Shown here: piece after piece, positions 26,841 to 36,319 of the stretch
Layout: every line of letters begins with the position of its first letter
How positions within the stretch are numbered: position 1 is the stretch's first letter
IMG/VR virus record: IMGVR_UViG_3300042452_000717
Location: 1-50,940 of that record
From: a virus
Lineage: Duplodnaviria; Caudoviricetes
Length of the DNA: 50,940 nt
Reading direction: 5' to 3' (one strand)
Translations under genes and position numbers: made by a program
Notes under the pieces: generated by a model
Databases searched by the model: none
Told to the model about the DNA's origin: nothing
The model's input: the letters and a program-made list of their open reading frames with translations, nothing else

Positions 26841-29800
26841 CCGCCGAACCGGCCGCAAGCTGGTCGATGCGCTGAACCTCGCAATCCAGGCCAAAGACCG
26901 TGGCGAGCCCGCCTCGGAAGCGGGGCGCTCGCTTGCGCGCCAGCTCGAATCCGTGGCGCTGCGCCCGGACGCTGTTGGGCTCCAAGCTCGCCAAGTTCGC
27001 AGCGCCTACGACGCCTTCTACACGGCGCGCAACAAGGGCGAGCAGGCGCCCCCGCCGCAGTTGCAGCTCGGCGCAGACTTCGCGGACTTCGACCTCGACT
27101 CGAGCGCCTACGAGAACGCTCGCCGGGTCGACCTCCTGGGCCGCACGCGCCAGCCGAGCTACCACGGGCCGGACGGCGGGCTGTACGTCGACGCTGGCGG
27201 CGTCCCCACGCGCATCCCGGTCGAGCGCTACGCGCAGTTCAAGGATCAGCTCGTGCGCGCGTACCGCGGCGAAACGCCGTCGACGGGCTTGCCGATCACG
27301 TCGATCTCCACGATGTCGAAGGCGGCCGACGTGGCGCTTCGGGCTGGAGAGTGGGCTCTGGGTGAAGGCTCGTGGGAGGACACGACGCCGTTCTTCAACG
27401 TCCCGACCGCCGACCCCGACATGCCTTTCGCGTCGCTGCCGTCGTTCGCGCAGACGACTGACGCGAGGTGGTCAGCCGCGGATCGCGCCGAAGCGTACGC
27501 ACTTCTCCAGAATCCGATCGAGCTCCGTGCGATGCAGGAGGTTCTGGCGCAGGCGAGCAGCGAGGGCGCGCTCGACATCGGCATCGGCGGGCACATCCTT
27601 GCCACGGCTGGGTTCCTCGCCGACTTCGGGGCAACGGGCGGCTATCTCAAGGCCGCTGGAGCGATTGCAGGGGCCACGGCGCTGCGCGTGACGGGCGCGC
27701 TGGGCTCGAACATCGGGCAGACCGTCAAGGCCGCCGAGAACGTCACCAGGATCGACCGGGCGCGCGGGGCAGCCACGGCGACGCCGTTCTCGCAGGGCTT
27801 CCAGACCATCCGCGACTTCGTGGGCTACCAAGTCGTCAACGACGCCGTGCACGGCCGAATCGGCTCCGCGTCCGACTTCGCGGGGAGCGCGCTGACCGGC
27901 GCGAAAGACGGCGCGATCATGGCGGGCGCGGGAAGCCTGATCCGCATGGTGCGCTCGAACCTGATGGGCCGGCTCGCGGGCAGCTACGACCCGGTGACGA
28001 ATCGCGCGATGTCGAAGCTCGGGCCGCTCGGGCGCGCGGCCGCCGGGATCTACCACACGGCTCGCGGCGCCGACCCGAAGCTGGGGCAGAAGTTGGGCGT
28101 CGACGAGATGACGAAGCGAGTCGCCGCGCTCTCGTCGCAGGGGCGCGGAATCCGCGAGATGCTGGCACGCCAGGGCTGGAGCCAGCACGCCGCGCAGATG
28201 GTCGAGAACACGATGGACTCGGCCGCGCTCGGGATCATGTTCGGCGCGTACCACAACGCCACGGCGAGCCCCGGCTACGACGACCTGCACCCCTGGGAAA
28301 AGACCAAGCGCATGGTCGACGGGCTGACGAGCCCCGAAGCCATCGGCGGCGCAGTCGCGTTCGCTGGGCACGTCCTGGCGACGGGCTACGCCAACAAGTT
28401 CAAGTGGGGCAAGGAATGGGAGAAGGCCCCGCCGGCGATGCGAGAGCAGTTCGACAAGGAGCTCGAGTTCTACACGCGCGAGATCGCGCAGCCGTCGAAC
28501 TGGGAGAACGTCGAGGCGTTCCGCAAGGCGTTCGACGAGTACCGCAAGGCGTCGCCGAAGGAGTGGGCGGCCTACAAGGAGTTCGAGACGCCCTACGAAC
28601 GCGAGGCGCTCCAAGCCGCCTGGGAGGGCCAAGCCGATTCGCTGATCCGTGCGCCGGATCGCCGCGAGCCCCCGAACGACACGCCCCCGGCTGGCGAAAC
28701 GGCGTTCCCGGACCCCGGCCCGCTGGAGCCCGCAGGAGGCGCTGGGGCGCGTCCGGCCGAGATTCGACCCGAGGGGCAAGCTGCGCCCGCCGCGCAGCCG
28801 CCGCAGGGCTTCTCGCAATCGGAGTGGGCCGAGGCTCTGGCCGGGGAAATCCTGACCAACCCGGAGGCAGCACTCTCGCGGATGGGAGTTGAGGCTCCGG
28901 CGCAGCCGCGCACGCGCGAGCGGAAGCCGGTCTCCGGCGAAGGCCCCGACCTCATGCGCTCCATCGAGCGCGTCGCCGAGCTCGAGCGCATCCCCGCCAC
29001 CGAGCTCGTGCTCGCCCCCGAGGAGATGCAGTACAAGTCGGGCACGGACCCCAAGACGGGCCGCGATCCCGAGGGCGCGCTCACCAAGCTCAAGTCGCGC
29101 GACGAGTGGTCGGAAATCTCCGCAGGAACAATCCTCGTCTACGAACGCGCAAACGGCGAGCGCGTGGTTGTGGACGGCCACCAGCGCACCAACGCAGCGA
29201 AGCGGCTCAGCCAGGGCGGCGAGCCGATCGAGCTCAACTCGTTCGTGGTCCGGGAATCGGACGGCATCACGGCGGGGCAGGCGCGGGCTCTCGGCGCGAT
29301 CCTCAACACGCGGGCGGGCACCGGCAAGGCGCTCGACGTGGCGAAGGTCATCCGCGATCTGGGCTGGACGGCGGAGCAGGTCGAGCAGCTCGGCGTTCGC
29401 GGCGCGTTCGCCAAGCAGGCGGTCGGCCTCTCGCAGCTCGCTGATCCTGTGTTCGCGCAGGTCGTGAACGAGCAGCTCCCGGCGAACCTCGCGGCCGAGA
29501 TCGGTCGCTTCATCCCGCGCGCCGACGAAGCCCGCCAGCTCGCGGCCGCGCAGATGATCCAGCGCACGGCGAAGAACGTCGAGATGGCCGAGAGCATCGC
29601 GCGCGGCGCCGCCACCGAGGAAGTGTTCGCCGGGCGCCAGACCGACTTGTTCGGCGGCTCCGACGTGAAAACCATGCTCGAGCTCCGCACGGAGATCACG
29701 AGCGACATCCGGCCGCAGTTGAAGCGGCTGGCGACGGCCATGAAGTCCTTGGCGCGCAACGCGGAGACCGCCCGCGAGCGCAAGGTCGGCGAGATCGACG

Positions 29801-32800
29801 CGCAGCAGGCGCGCACGCTGGCCGAGGACCAGAACGCCCTCATCGCGGCGATCGAGATGCAGGCGGGCAAGCGCGGGACCACGATCAATGAACTCCTCAA
29901 CCGTCACGCAGAAGAGCTCGGCAAGCTCCCCGACGAGCGCAAGCGCATCGCCGAATCCGCCCTCCGCGAACTCGAACTCCTCGCGCAGCAGGGCCGTCTT
30001 TTTGACGATAGCGGCGCAGGGCCTTCGCAGCCTGCTCAGCAGCAGTCCGGCCCCAGCCTCTTCTCCGACCCGACCTACGACTACAACCGAGGCCAGCAAA
30101 GAGCCCGGTTCCCCGAGACGCGGGAGCCCGTCGAGCCGCTGACGCCAGAGGTCGAGAAGTCGTGGCTCGGCAAGCTCCAGGGCGCGCTGTTCCCTCAGAG
30201 CGAGTACCGGAACGACCGGGTGAAAACCCTCGTCGAGCAACTCGTGACGCGCGCGGGACTCAGCTCGAAGGAAGCCGAGATGGTGGTGCAGGCGATGGAG
30301 GCTCGCGCCGAAGTCTGGGCCAAGTCCAACGGCAAGACCATCGACCAGTGGTACGAGACCAGGATTGCGGGGATCGTCAACTCGCCGACGCCGATGCCGG
30401 CGCCGGAGGGAGCGCGCGCCGCGGTGACGTTCTTGAGTGACGGCCGCGCCGTGCTTCACGCGCTGAGCAAGCCGCGCGTGTCCGACATCGTGCATGAACT
30501 CGCGCACATCTGGCGGCGCGACCTCGAGGGCGCTCACAAGGCGGCTGTCGAGAAGTGGGCTGGCGTCCGCGATGGCGTCTGGACCCGCAGCGCTGAAGAG
30601 AAGTGGGCTGGCGCCGCCGAGCGCTGGTTCCGCCAGGGCCGCGCTCCGGCGCCCGGCCTTGCCCCGGTGTTCAAGCAGATGGGCGAGTGGATGCGCTCGA
30701 TCTACCGCCGCATCCGCGGGACGGGCCTCGACGTGGAGATCCCCGCCGACGTGCGCAAGGCGCTCGAATCGCTGTTCTCCGCCGGACCGATCAAGGAGGA
30801 CGCGGCGGTGCAGGCCCGCCTCGCTCGACTCGGCCCGGCGGAGCGCGGCGCGATCTACGTGGCGAACCGCAACAAACCGCAGTACGTCGGGTTGCCGCAG
30901 GACACGATCGTCGCGCACGAGCTCCGCGGCGGCCTCCCCGCTCCCGCGCGCATCACGCCCGCCATCAAGATCGCGCAGGCCGGCGACTCGATTCGGCAGG
31001 CGTACGACGTGATGCGCTGGCACAGTGCGCTCGAGAACGTCCCGTACAACCACCCCGACACGTTCCACGCGCTCATCGAGCTCGCCAAGGGCGGCGAGGC
31101 GTACCGGGCGCACTTCGAGGCGCGTGGCTCGCTGGACGCGCTCACGCTGGCCGTGGAGTCCGCACGCCGCGCCAAGGCGCAGACGCGCGACGCGATCATG
31201 GCGTCGCTGCCCGAGGGCAAGATCCGCGAGCGGATGCCGCTGTCGTTCGAGTACCTCGACGCGCGCGAAGGCACCAAGCCCGTGCCGCCCGAGCTCATCA
31301 AGAAGATGCAGGCGACCGGCCTCGCTGACGCGAAGGGGCGGCTCAACCGCTTCGTCATGTCGGCGCTGACGCACCACGCGCAGAACGAGATGGCGCTGCG
31401 CGCTCTCGAGCACATCGGCGCTCCGCAGTTGAACGAGCCGCAGGCGGCCGCGCTGCCGCACTTGGCTTTCAACCGTTCGCCGTGGGAGTTCCTCGAGACC
31501 GCGCTCGCGCGCGCTGTTTCGCTGGACCGCGTGATGGACAAGCTCCGCGAGAAGAAGTGGATCTCGCCGGAGATGAACCGGGCGATCACACGGATCGGCT
31601 CGTTCTACGGCCAGATGTGGAGCGGGAACGCCGCGGGCAGAATCCACAACGCGACCATCCAGTCGGCCGCGATGCGCGTGTTCGGTTCGCGCGAGCAGTT
31701 CAGCGACATGCTGCGCGGCCGCGGCGAGGACGCTCTCGCCAAGCTGTCGGAGCGCTTCGGGTTCCGCGCGCCGCCGGCGGCCGACATGAAGCTCCTCCAG
31801 TGGGCGATCGAGAGTGGCCGCTTCGCCAAGATGAAGGGGCCGCAGGATTTCGAGCGCTACCGCAAGGGCTCGGGATACCTCTTCGACCTCGCGCGCGACA
31901 TCAACGACATCATGGGCCGTCTCGGCCAAGCCGCCGCGCGCTTCGGCTACCTCGACCCCAAGCAGATCGAGAAGCACGGCGGCCGGTACGTCCCGCACCT
32001 CTACTTGTCGCTGGAGAACCAGGACATCGTGAAGGAGCTGCGCGAGGGACGGATGCCTTCGTTGTTTGCCGGCCGCAACATGGCGCGTGGCTCCGAGTCC
32101 AAGGACGGGATCACCCAGCTCCAGATCGAGGACCCGTTTGTCTGGCTCTCCACGGTCACGCACCAGGAAGCCAAGGCGATCCAGTACCTCGGCGTGCTGC
32201 AAGACCTCAAGAACGGCAACTACGCGATCAGCGAAGCGGAGTACAGGAAGCTCGACCCCTACAGCCAGGGCGTCTACGAGCCGCTCACGCTCGACGTGGT
32301 GGGCGCAAACCCGAGCGAGGCGTCGCTCGCCAACGGCCCGGCCCGCGCCAACTCGATCGTCATGGGGAACCTGCTCAAGGAGCAGCTCGACCCCGCGAGC
32401 GGCCGCCCCAAGAGCACGCAGCTCACCGACACGCTGCGCGCGTACCTCGGACTCGACGCCGACATGAAGCCCTCGAAGGAGGGTCGCCTCTACGCGCCGC
32501 GACAACTCGTCTGGGAGTTGGACAACCTCACCCGGCAGATGTTTAACGCGCCGGAGCTCGAAACGATCGTCGACAAAGCGATGTACGCCTACGAGCAGGC
32601 GACGCGCGGGTTCCGCCGCGGGCTCACCATCGGGCGCCCGAAGCACTGGACGCTGAACGTCACCAACTCGGTGATGACGAACCACGTCCTCGACCGGCTC
32701 CCTATGTGGGACGTTGCCAAAAGCGTTCTCACCGGGAAGGGTTACTTCGCCGACGCGCAGCGCGACATCGCCGGACTCCTCGAGCTCGTGCAGCGGCGCT

Positions 32801-34944
32801 CGCTGGAGACGAAGCCCGCCGACTGGACCAACGAGAAGTGGGAGCGCACGCAGCTTCTCCAAGAGGCGTTCCTCACGCTGAACGGCACGACGTTCACCGG
32901 CGTCGGCATCGAGGCGAGCGTCGTCACGGATGCGATGAGCGCGGCCGTCACGCCCGACATCACGACGGCGGGCGCGCTGCGCGATCTCCAGCGCTCGGGC
33001 ATCCCGGCTGAGTCTCAAGCCGCGTGGCGCGTTGCCGCGCTCGACATGGTGCGCCGCATGACCGGCGGGCTCACGGAGTTCGACCGATTCCTCGCCAAGC
33101 TCGGCGGATCGCACGACGCGAACGAGCGCGCCCGCGCGATGGCGAACTTCACGGGCTTCTACCAGCTCTGGGAAATGGCCTTCAAGTGGGCCGCGACGCT
33201 GCGCACGATCGACACGCAGCCCGAAGCAACTTCGCTCGACCAAGCCGTTCGCTACGCCGCGGTGGGCACGGCCGACTACGCGAACACCAGCCCGCTGATG
33301 CGGTCCTTCAACTCGAGCTACTCGAGCTTCTCGACCCCGCTGTTCAAGGAGGCTGAGGGCGATGGCGGCCGCTGGGCGCGCGCGTTGATGCGCGAGTCGC
33401 TCAAGGGCCAGTTCTGGATGTACACGAGCACGATGACCGGGCCGCTCATGTCGAGCGTCGTGGTGCATCCGCTGCGCGCTGCGAGCGCGATGGCCGTCAT
33501 GTCGGCCGTTGCGGGGATGCTGCACCGGATCACGACGCAGGACCCCGAAGAGGATGCTTCCTTCCAGGAAGCGCTGCGCGGCTCGGTGGCGCGCTCCGGC
33601 ACTCCGATCGTCGACGCGGCCACGCTCGAGGCGTACTCGCGCCTGGGCGCACCGTGGCCCAACGTGACGGGCGGCGCGATGATCCCGCACGAAGCACGCA
33701 AGGGGCTCGCGTTCGTCTACCAGTCGATGCTCGCGGGCAAGTCCCTGATCTTCCAGGCTCCGGCGCGCGGCGACGAAACCCGCGTCTCGAGTCTGGACGA
33801 GCTCGCGCCCGGCTGGGGCAACTGGATCGGCGCCGCGCAGGGTCTCCAGAGCGCCGCCTCGAAGTCGCCCGACCAGATCGCAACGTCGATGTTCGATGCG
33901 ATGTCGCTGCGCTCCGGCGAGCTCTCGATTGCGATGGCGCACGCAGCCTTCGGCGGGCTCAAGCTGCTGACGAGCGACGACCCCGAGGCGTGGATCAACT
34001 CGCTCAAGCCCGTGCGCGACGCGGCGAGCGACGTGCTCCCCGGAATCTCGCCGTTCTACCTCGCCTCGCGCGACGGCCAGCGATTGATCGAGGTTGCGGC
34101 GCTCGACGGGCAGAAGATCGAAGAGTGGGCGCGCGGCATCGTCCAGGCGAACCAGCCGCGTCCCGCTCAAGACCTGGGCGAGTTCCTGTTCTCGACGCTC
34201 TGGCGTTCGCAGCGCCTCGTGCAGCCCCACATGGGCGGCGTGTCCGAGCGCGAAGCCCTCGACGCCATCGTCGGCCGGCTGTTCCCGGAATCGGCACGCT
34301 CCGACGGGCCTTTCTGGGACAAGCTCCGCTCGGCTCAGTCCGACGTTCACTACCAGATGAGCGAGGTTCTCTCCGGGGCCTACGACTCGTGGCTCCGCGG
34401 CGGGCGCTCGATGGCGTCCTTCGACTCGTGGCTGCTCCCGCAGATGTTCTCGAAGGACGGGCCGATGCAGTCGCTCTTGCGGCGCGAGCCCGACCCCGAG
34501 AAGCGGGCGCGGATGAACGAGTACTTCCAGCGCTTCGTCGGCAGCGACGAGTGGTCGAACCTCTCTGGGATGGCGATGGACCTCGCCCGCAAGCGCGCGA
34601 TGACGCCGGACTTCTTCCGGCAGGCGCTCACCAACGCCATGCGCGACCCGACCGGCCAAGCCATGCTCAACTGGCTCGACAAGGAGGTCGTCCGCTCCAC
34701 GCCGAGCCGCGAGGACATCCACGACTACGCCGCGATCTTCTTCGGTGCGGTGCGTCGTCCAGGATTTGGAACGGCCCGCTACCAGCAGTGGGAGCAAGTG
34801 CTGCGGCGGCTGTACGATTACGGCTACAAGCCCGCTGTGCTGTACGACGACGCGGCCGAAGCGCTGCGCCGCCGAGGCATCAAGCCGGAGATTTCCGGCG
34901 CCCCCGCGCTCCAATCCGCCCTCATCACCAGACCACCGAGGTAG
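26803..34944 (+). CDS. Giant polyvalent/ejection protein (2713 aa) with ParB-like module and HExxH metallopeptidase-like domain
   Basis: ILVYERANGERVVVDGHQRTNAAKRL (ParB/Srx motif) near 29130-29210; SDIVHELAHIW near 30481-30513; RYVPH motif; mostly helical; last of the ejection trio. Confidence 0.8.
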   Translation: MLQDSATANANGSRRTGRKLVDALNLAIQAKDRGEPASEAGRSLARQLESVALRPDAVGLQARQVRSAYDAFYTARNKGEQAPPPQLQLGADFADFDLDSSAYENARRVDLLGRTRQPSYHGPDGGLYVDAGGVPTRIPVERYAQFKDQLVRAYRGETPSTGLPITSISTMSKAADVALRAGEWALGEGSWEDTTPFFNVPTADPDMPFASLPSFAQTTDARWSAADRAEAYALLQNPIELRAMQEVLAQASSEGALDIGIGGHILATAGFLADFGATGGYLKAAGAIAGATALRVTGALGSNIGQTVKAAENVTRIDRARGAATATPFSQGFQTIRDFVGYQVVNDAVHGRIGSASDFAGSALTGAKDGAIMAGAGSLIRMVRSNLMGRLAGSYDPVTNRAMSKLGPLGRAAAGIYHTARGADPKLGQKLGVDEMTKRVAALSSQGRGIREMLARQGWSQHAAQMVENTMDSAALGIMFGAYHNATASPGYDDLHPWEKTKRMVDGLTSPEAIGGAVAFAGHVLATGYANKFKWGKEWEKAPPAMREQFDKELEFYTREIAQPSNWENVEAFRKAFDEYRKASPKEWAAYKEFETPYEREALQAAWEGQADSLIRAPDRREPPNDTPPAGETAFPDPGPLEPAGGAGARPAEIRPEGQAAPAAQPPQGFSQSEWAEALAGEILTNPEAALSRMGVEAPAQPRTRERKPVSGEGPDLMRSIERVAELERIPATELVLAPEEMQYKSGTDPKTGRDPEGALTKLKSRDEWSEISAGTILVYERANGERVVVDGHQRTNAAKRLSQGGEPIELNSFVVRESDGITAGQARALGAILNTRAGTGKALDVAKVIRDLGWTAEQVEQLGVRGAFAKQAVGLSQLADPVFAQVVNEQLPANLAAEIGRFIPRADEARQLAAAQMIQRTAKNVEMAESIARGAATEEVFAGRQTDLFGGSDVKTMLELRTEITSDIRPQLKRLATAMKSLARNAETARERKVGEIDAQQARTLAEDQNALIAAIEMQAGKRGTTINELLNRHAEELGKLPDERKRIAESALRELELLAQQGRLFDDSGAGPSQPAQQQSGPSLFSDPTYDYNRGQQRARFPETREPVEPLTPEVEKSWLGKLQGALFPQSEYRNDRVKTLVEQLVTRAGLSSKEAEMVVQAMEARAEVWAKSNGKTIDQWYETRIAGIVNSPTPMPAPEGARAAVTFLSDGRAVLHALSKPRVSDIVHELAHIWRRDLEGAHKAAVEKWAGVRDGVWTRSAEEKWAGAAERWFRQGRAPAPGLAPVFKQMGEWMRSIYRRIRGTGLDVEIPADVRKALESLFSAGPIKEDAAVQARLARLGPAERGAIYVANRNKPQYVGLPQDTIVAHELRGGLPAPARITPAIKIAQAGDSIRQAYDVMRWHSALENVPYNHPDTFHALIELAKGGEAYRAHFEARGSLDALTLAVESARRAKAQTRDAIMASLPEGKIRERMPLSFEYLDAREGTKPVPPELIKKMQATGLADAKGRLNRFVMSALTHHAQNEMALRALEHIGAPQLNEPQAAALPHLAFNRSPWEFLETALARAVSLDRVMDKLREKKWISPEMNRAITRIGSFYGQMWSGNAAGRIHNATIQSAAMRVFGSREQFSDMLRGRGEDALAKLSERFGFRAPPAADMKLLQWAIESGRFAKMKGPQDFERYRKGSGYLFDLARDINDIMGRLGQAAARFGYLDPKQIEKHGGRYVPHLYLSLENQDIVKELREGRMPSLFAGRNMARGSESKDGITQLQIEDPFVWLSTVTHQEAKAIQYLGVLQDLKNGNYAISEAEYRKLDPYSQGVYEPLTLDVVGANPSEASLANGPARANSIVMGNLLKEQLDPASGRPKSTQLTDTLRAYLGLDADMKPSKEGRLYAPRQLVWELDNLTRQMFNAPELETIVDKAMYAYEQATRGFRRGLTIGRPKHWTLNVTNSVMTNHVLDRLPMWDVAKSVLTGKGYFADAQRDIAGLLELVQRRSLETKPADWTNEKWERTQLLQEAFLTLNGTTFTGVGIEASVVTDAMSAAVTPDITTAGALRDLQRSGIPAESQAAWRVAALDMVRRMTGGLTEFDRFLAKLGGSHDANERARAMANFTGFYQLWEMAFKWAATLRTIDTQPEATSLDQAVRYAAVGTADYANTSPLMRSFNSSYSSFSTPLFKEAEGDGGRWARALMRESLKGQFWMYTSTMTGPLMSSVVVHPLRAASAMAVMSAVAGMLHRITTQDPEEDASFQEALRGSVARSGTPIVDAATLEAYSRLGAPWPNVTGGAMIPHEARKGLAFVYQSMLAGKSLIFQAPARGDETRVSSLDELAPGWGNWIGAAQGLQSAASKSPDQIATSMFDAMSLRSGELSIAMAHAAFGGLKLLTSDDPEAWINSLKPVRDAASDVLPGISPFYLASRDGQRLIEVAALDGQKIEEWARGIVQANQPRPAQDLGEFLFSTLWRSQRLVQPHMGGVSEREALDAIVGRLFPESARSDGPFWDKLRSAQSDVHYQMSEVLSGAYDSWLRGGRSMASFDSWLLPQMFSKDGPMQSLLRREPDPEKRARMNEYFQRFVGSDEWSNLSGMAMDLARKRAMTPDFFRQALTNAMRDPTGQAMLNWLDKEVVRSTPSREDIHDYAAIFFGAVRRPGFGTARYQQWEQVLRRLYDYGYKPAVLYDDAAEALRRRGIKPEISGAPALQSALITRPPR

Positions 34945-34948
34945 CCCC

Positions 34949-35410
34949 ATGACCATTCAGCGTTTCCACTCGTGCGCGCGCTTCATCGTCTACACGGTCG
35001 CCGCGATCCTGTTCGCCCTCTCGGCCTCCTCGTGCAAGTCGAGCCAGAGCTTCGCCGTGGCGAAGTTCCAGGCGACCACCGTGCTCGGCAGCACCGAACA
35101 ACCTCCGATCCTGGCGCGCTTCGACGGCGACCTGTTCGTTGGCTGGGCGAGCACGAACGCCGTCGCCAGCATCGAGCCGAAGGGCGGCGGAATCCCCTTC
35201 TACCAAGCCGTGATGCCGGCTGGCCGCGCCGTCGTGTTCCAGCGCTCGCAGGACTTCAAGTGGAGCGGGACGTTCCCCGGTGAAGAGCTCCCCGCTCGAG
35301 CGGCGCAACTCTTCACCGAGAACGAGAAGGCGGCCTGGGGCCTCCAGTTCCAGGCTCCTCCGGTCAACCCCGGCCCCGGCGACACGGTGCCTGCGGAGGG
35401 CGCTCAGTGA
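34949..35410 (+). CDS. Putative lipoprotein (153 aa)
   Basis: Signal-like FIVYTVAAILFALSASSC followed by a soluble domain; lipobox imperfect. Confidence 0.6.
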   Translation: MTIQRFHSCARFIVYTVAAILFALSASSCKSSQSFAVAKFQATTVLGSTEQPPILARFDGDLFVGWASTNAVASIEPKGGGIPFYQAVMPAGRAVVFQRSQDFKWSGTFPGEELPARAAQLFTENEKAAWGLQFQAPPVNPGPGDTVPAEGAQ

Positions 35411-36315
35411 GCGCCATTGGACTTGAGCCGATCGACGGGTTCGATCCGGTCGACCGACGGCTCTACGTCCTTGGCGTCAAGACCTGCGCCGAGATCCCGC
35501 TGACCGTCGGCACCGACCCGCACGACCCTTGGCAGATCGCGGGCGAGACCAGCGACCCGCCGGACGGCACGAACATCGAGGGCGACGCCGGCGCGTACCA
35601 CGCGACCGGAGACCCGCTCGACACCGAATTCGGTCACGTCTGGCCGTTCATGAACCTGGGCGCGACGATGCGCTCCAAGAACCAGAGCGCGCCGTCCGTC
35701 GTTCCCGTGGGAGCCGGAACCAGCGCGGGCGGGTACTACCCCGCCTGCCGCTCCAAGGAAGGGATCAACCACTACCGCCGCTGCGTGCGCCTCGCGCCGC
35801 GCATGTTCGGCTCCGACGGCCGCTTGCTGGCGTTCCGCTTGTTTGGCCGCCTCAAAGCGACCAACGCCGCCAACGTCCTCGACCTGATCCTGCCCTTCGA
35901 CCTCGTGACGGCCTTGCCGACCACCACGCTGGTCGCCGGCAAGTACGTGGCCATCCGGTTCCCGCTGGGCAACCTGGGCGCGAATGAGGTTGGATTCTCC
36001 CTGACCGTGGAGGGCCAGCCGATGGGACCGCGCCGGAGCCTCTGGGAAGCCCGCCTGCGCGTCGCGGCGCAGACCAACCCCGGAACATCAAACCCGGCGC
36101 TCGACCTCGTGCGCGGCCCGCTCGAGCTCGACCTGACCTCGACTGGCCCGGACATGGACACAACGGGCGGGCAGCTCGGCTTCCTGTTTGCCGCGCGCCG
36201 CTCCACCGCCATCGCCGTTGACGACATCGGGACCGCCGGCGGCGCCGCGCAAGACGGCTCCGAGGTCTACGTCAAGGTCGGCGCCGCCTCCTGCTTCCTG
36301 TTCCCCGGAGTCTGA
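35407..36315 (+). CDS. Hypothetical protein (302 aa), possibly virion-associated
   Basis: GTGA overlap; beta-rich; good codon usage. Confidence 0.7.
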   Translation: MSAIGLEPIDGFDPVDRRLYVLGVKTCAEIPLTVGTDPHDPWQIAGETSDPPDGTNIEGDAGAYHATGDPLDTEFGHVWPFMNLGATMRSKNQSAPSVVPVGAGTSAGGYYPACRSKEGINHYRRCVRLAPRMFGSDGRLLAFRLFGRLKATNAANVLDLILPFDLVTALPTTTLVAGKYVAIRFPLGNLGANEVGFSLTVEGQPMGPRRSLWEARLRVAAQTNPGTSNPALDLVRGPLELDLTSTGPDMDTTGGQLGFLFAARRSTAIAVDDIGTAGGAAQDGSEVYVKVGAASCFLFPGV

Positions 36316-36319
36316 GCCC

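Noticed and set aside
27472-34956. Very long minus-strand ORFs (2494 aa here; also 15315-19670, 3590-5914, 6538-8370)
   Set aside because: Antisense shadows of high-GC3 plus-strand genes; R/L/V/A-rich translations with no motifs.
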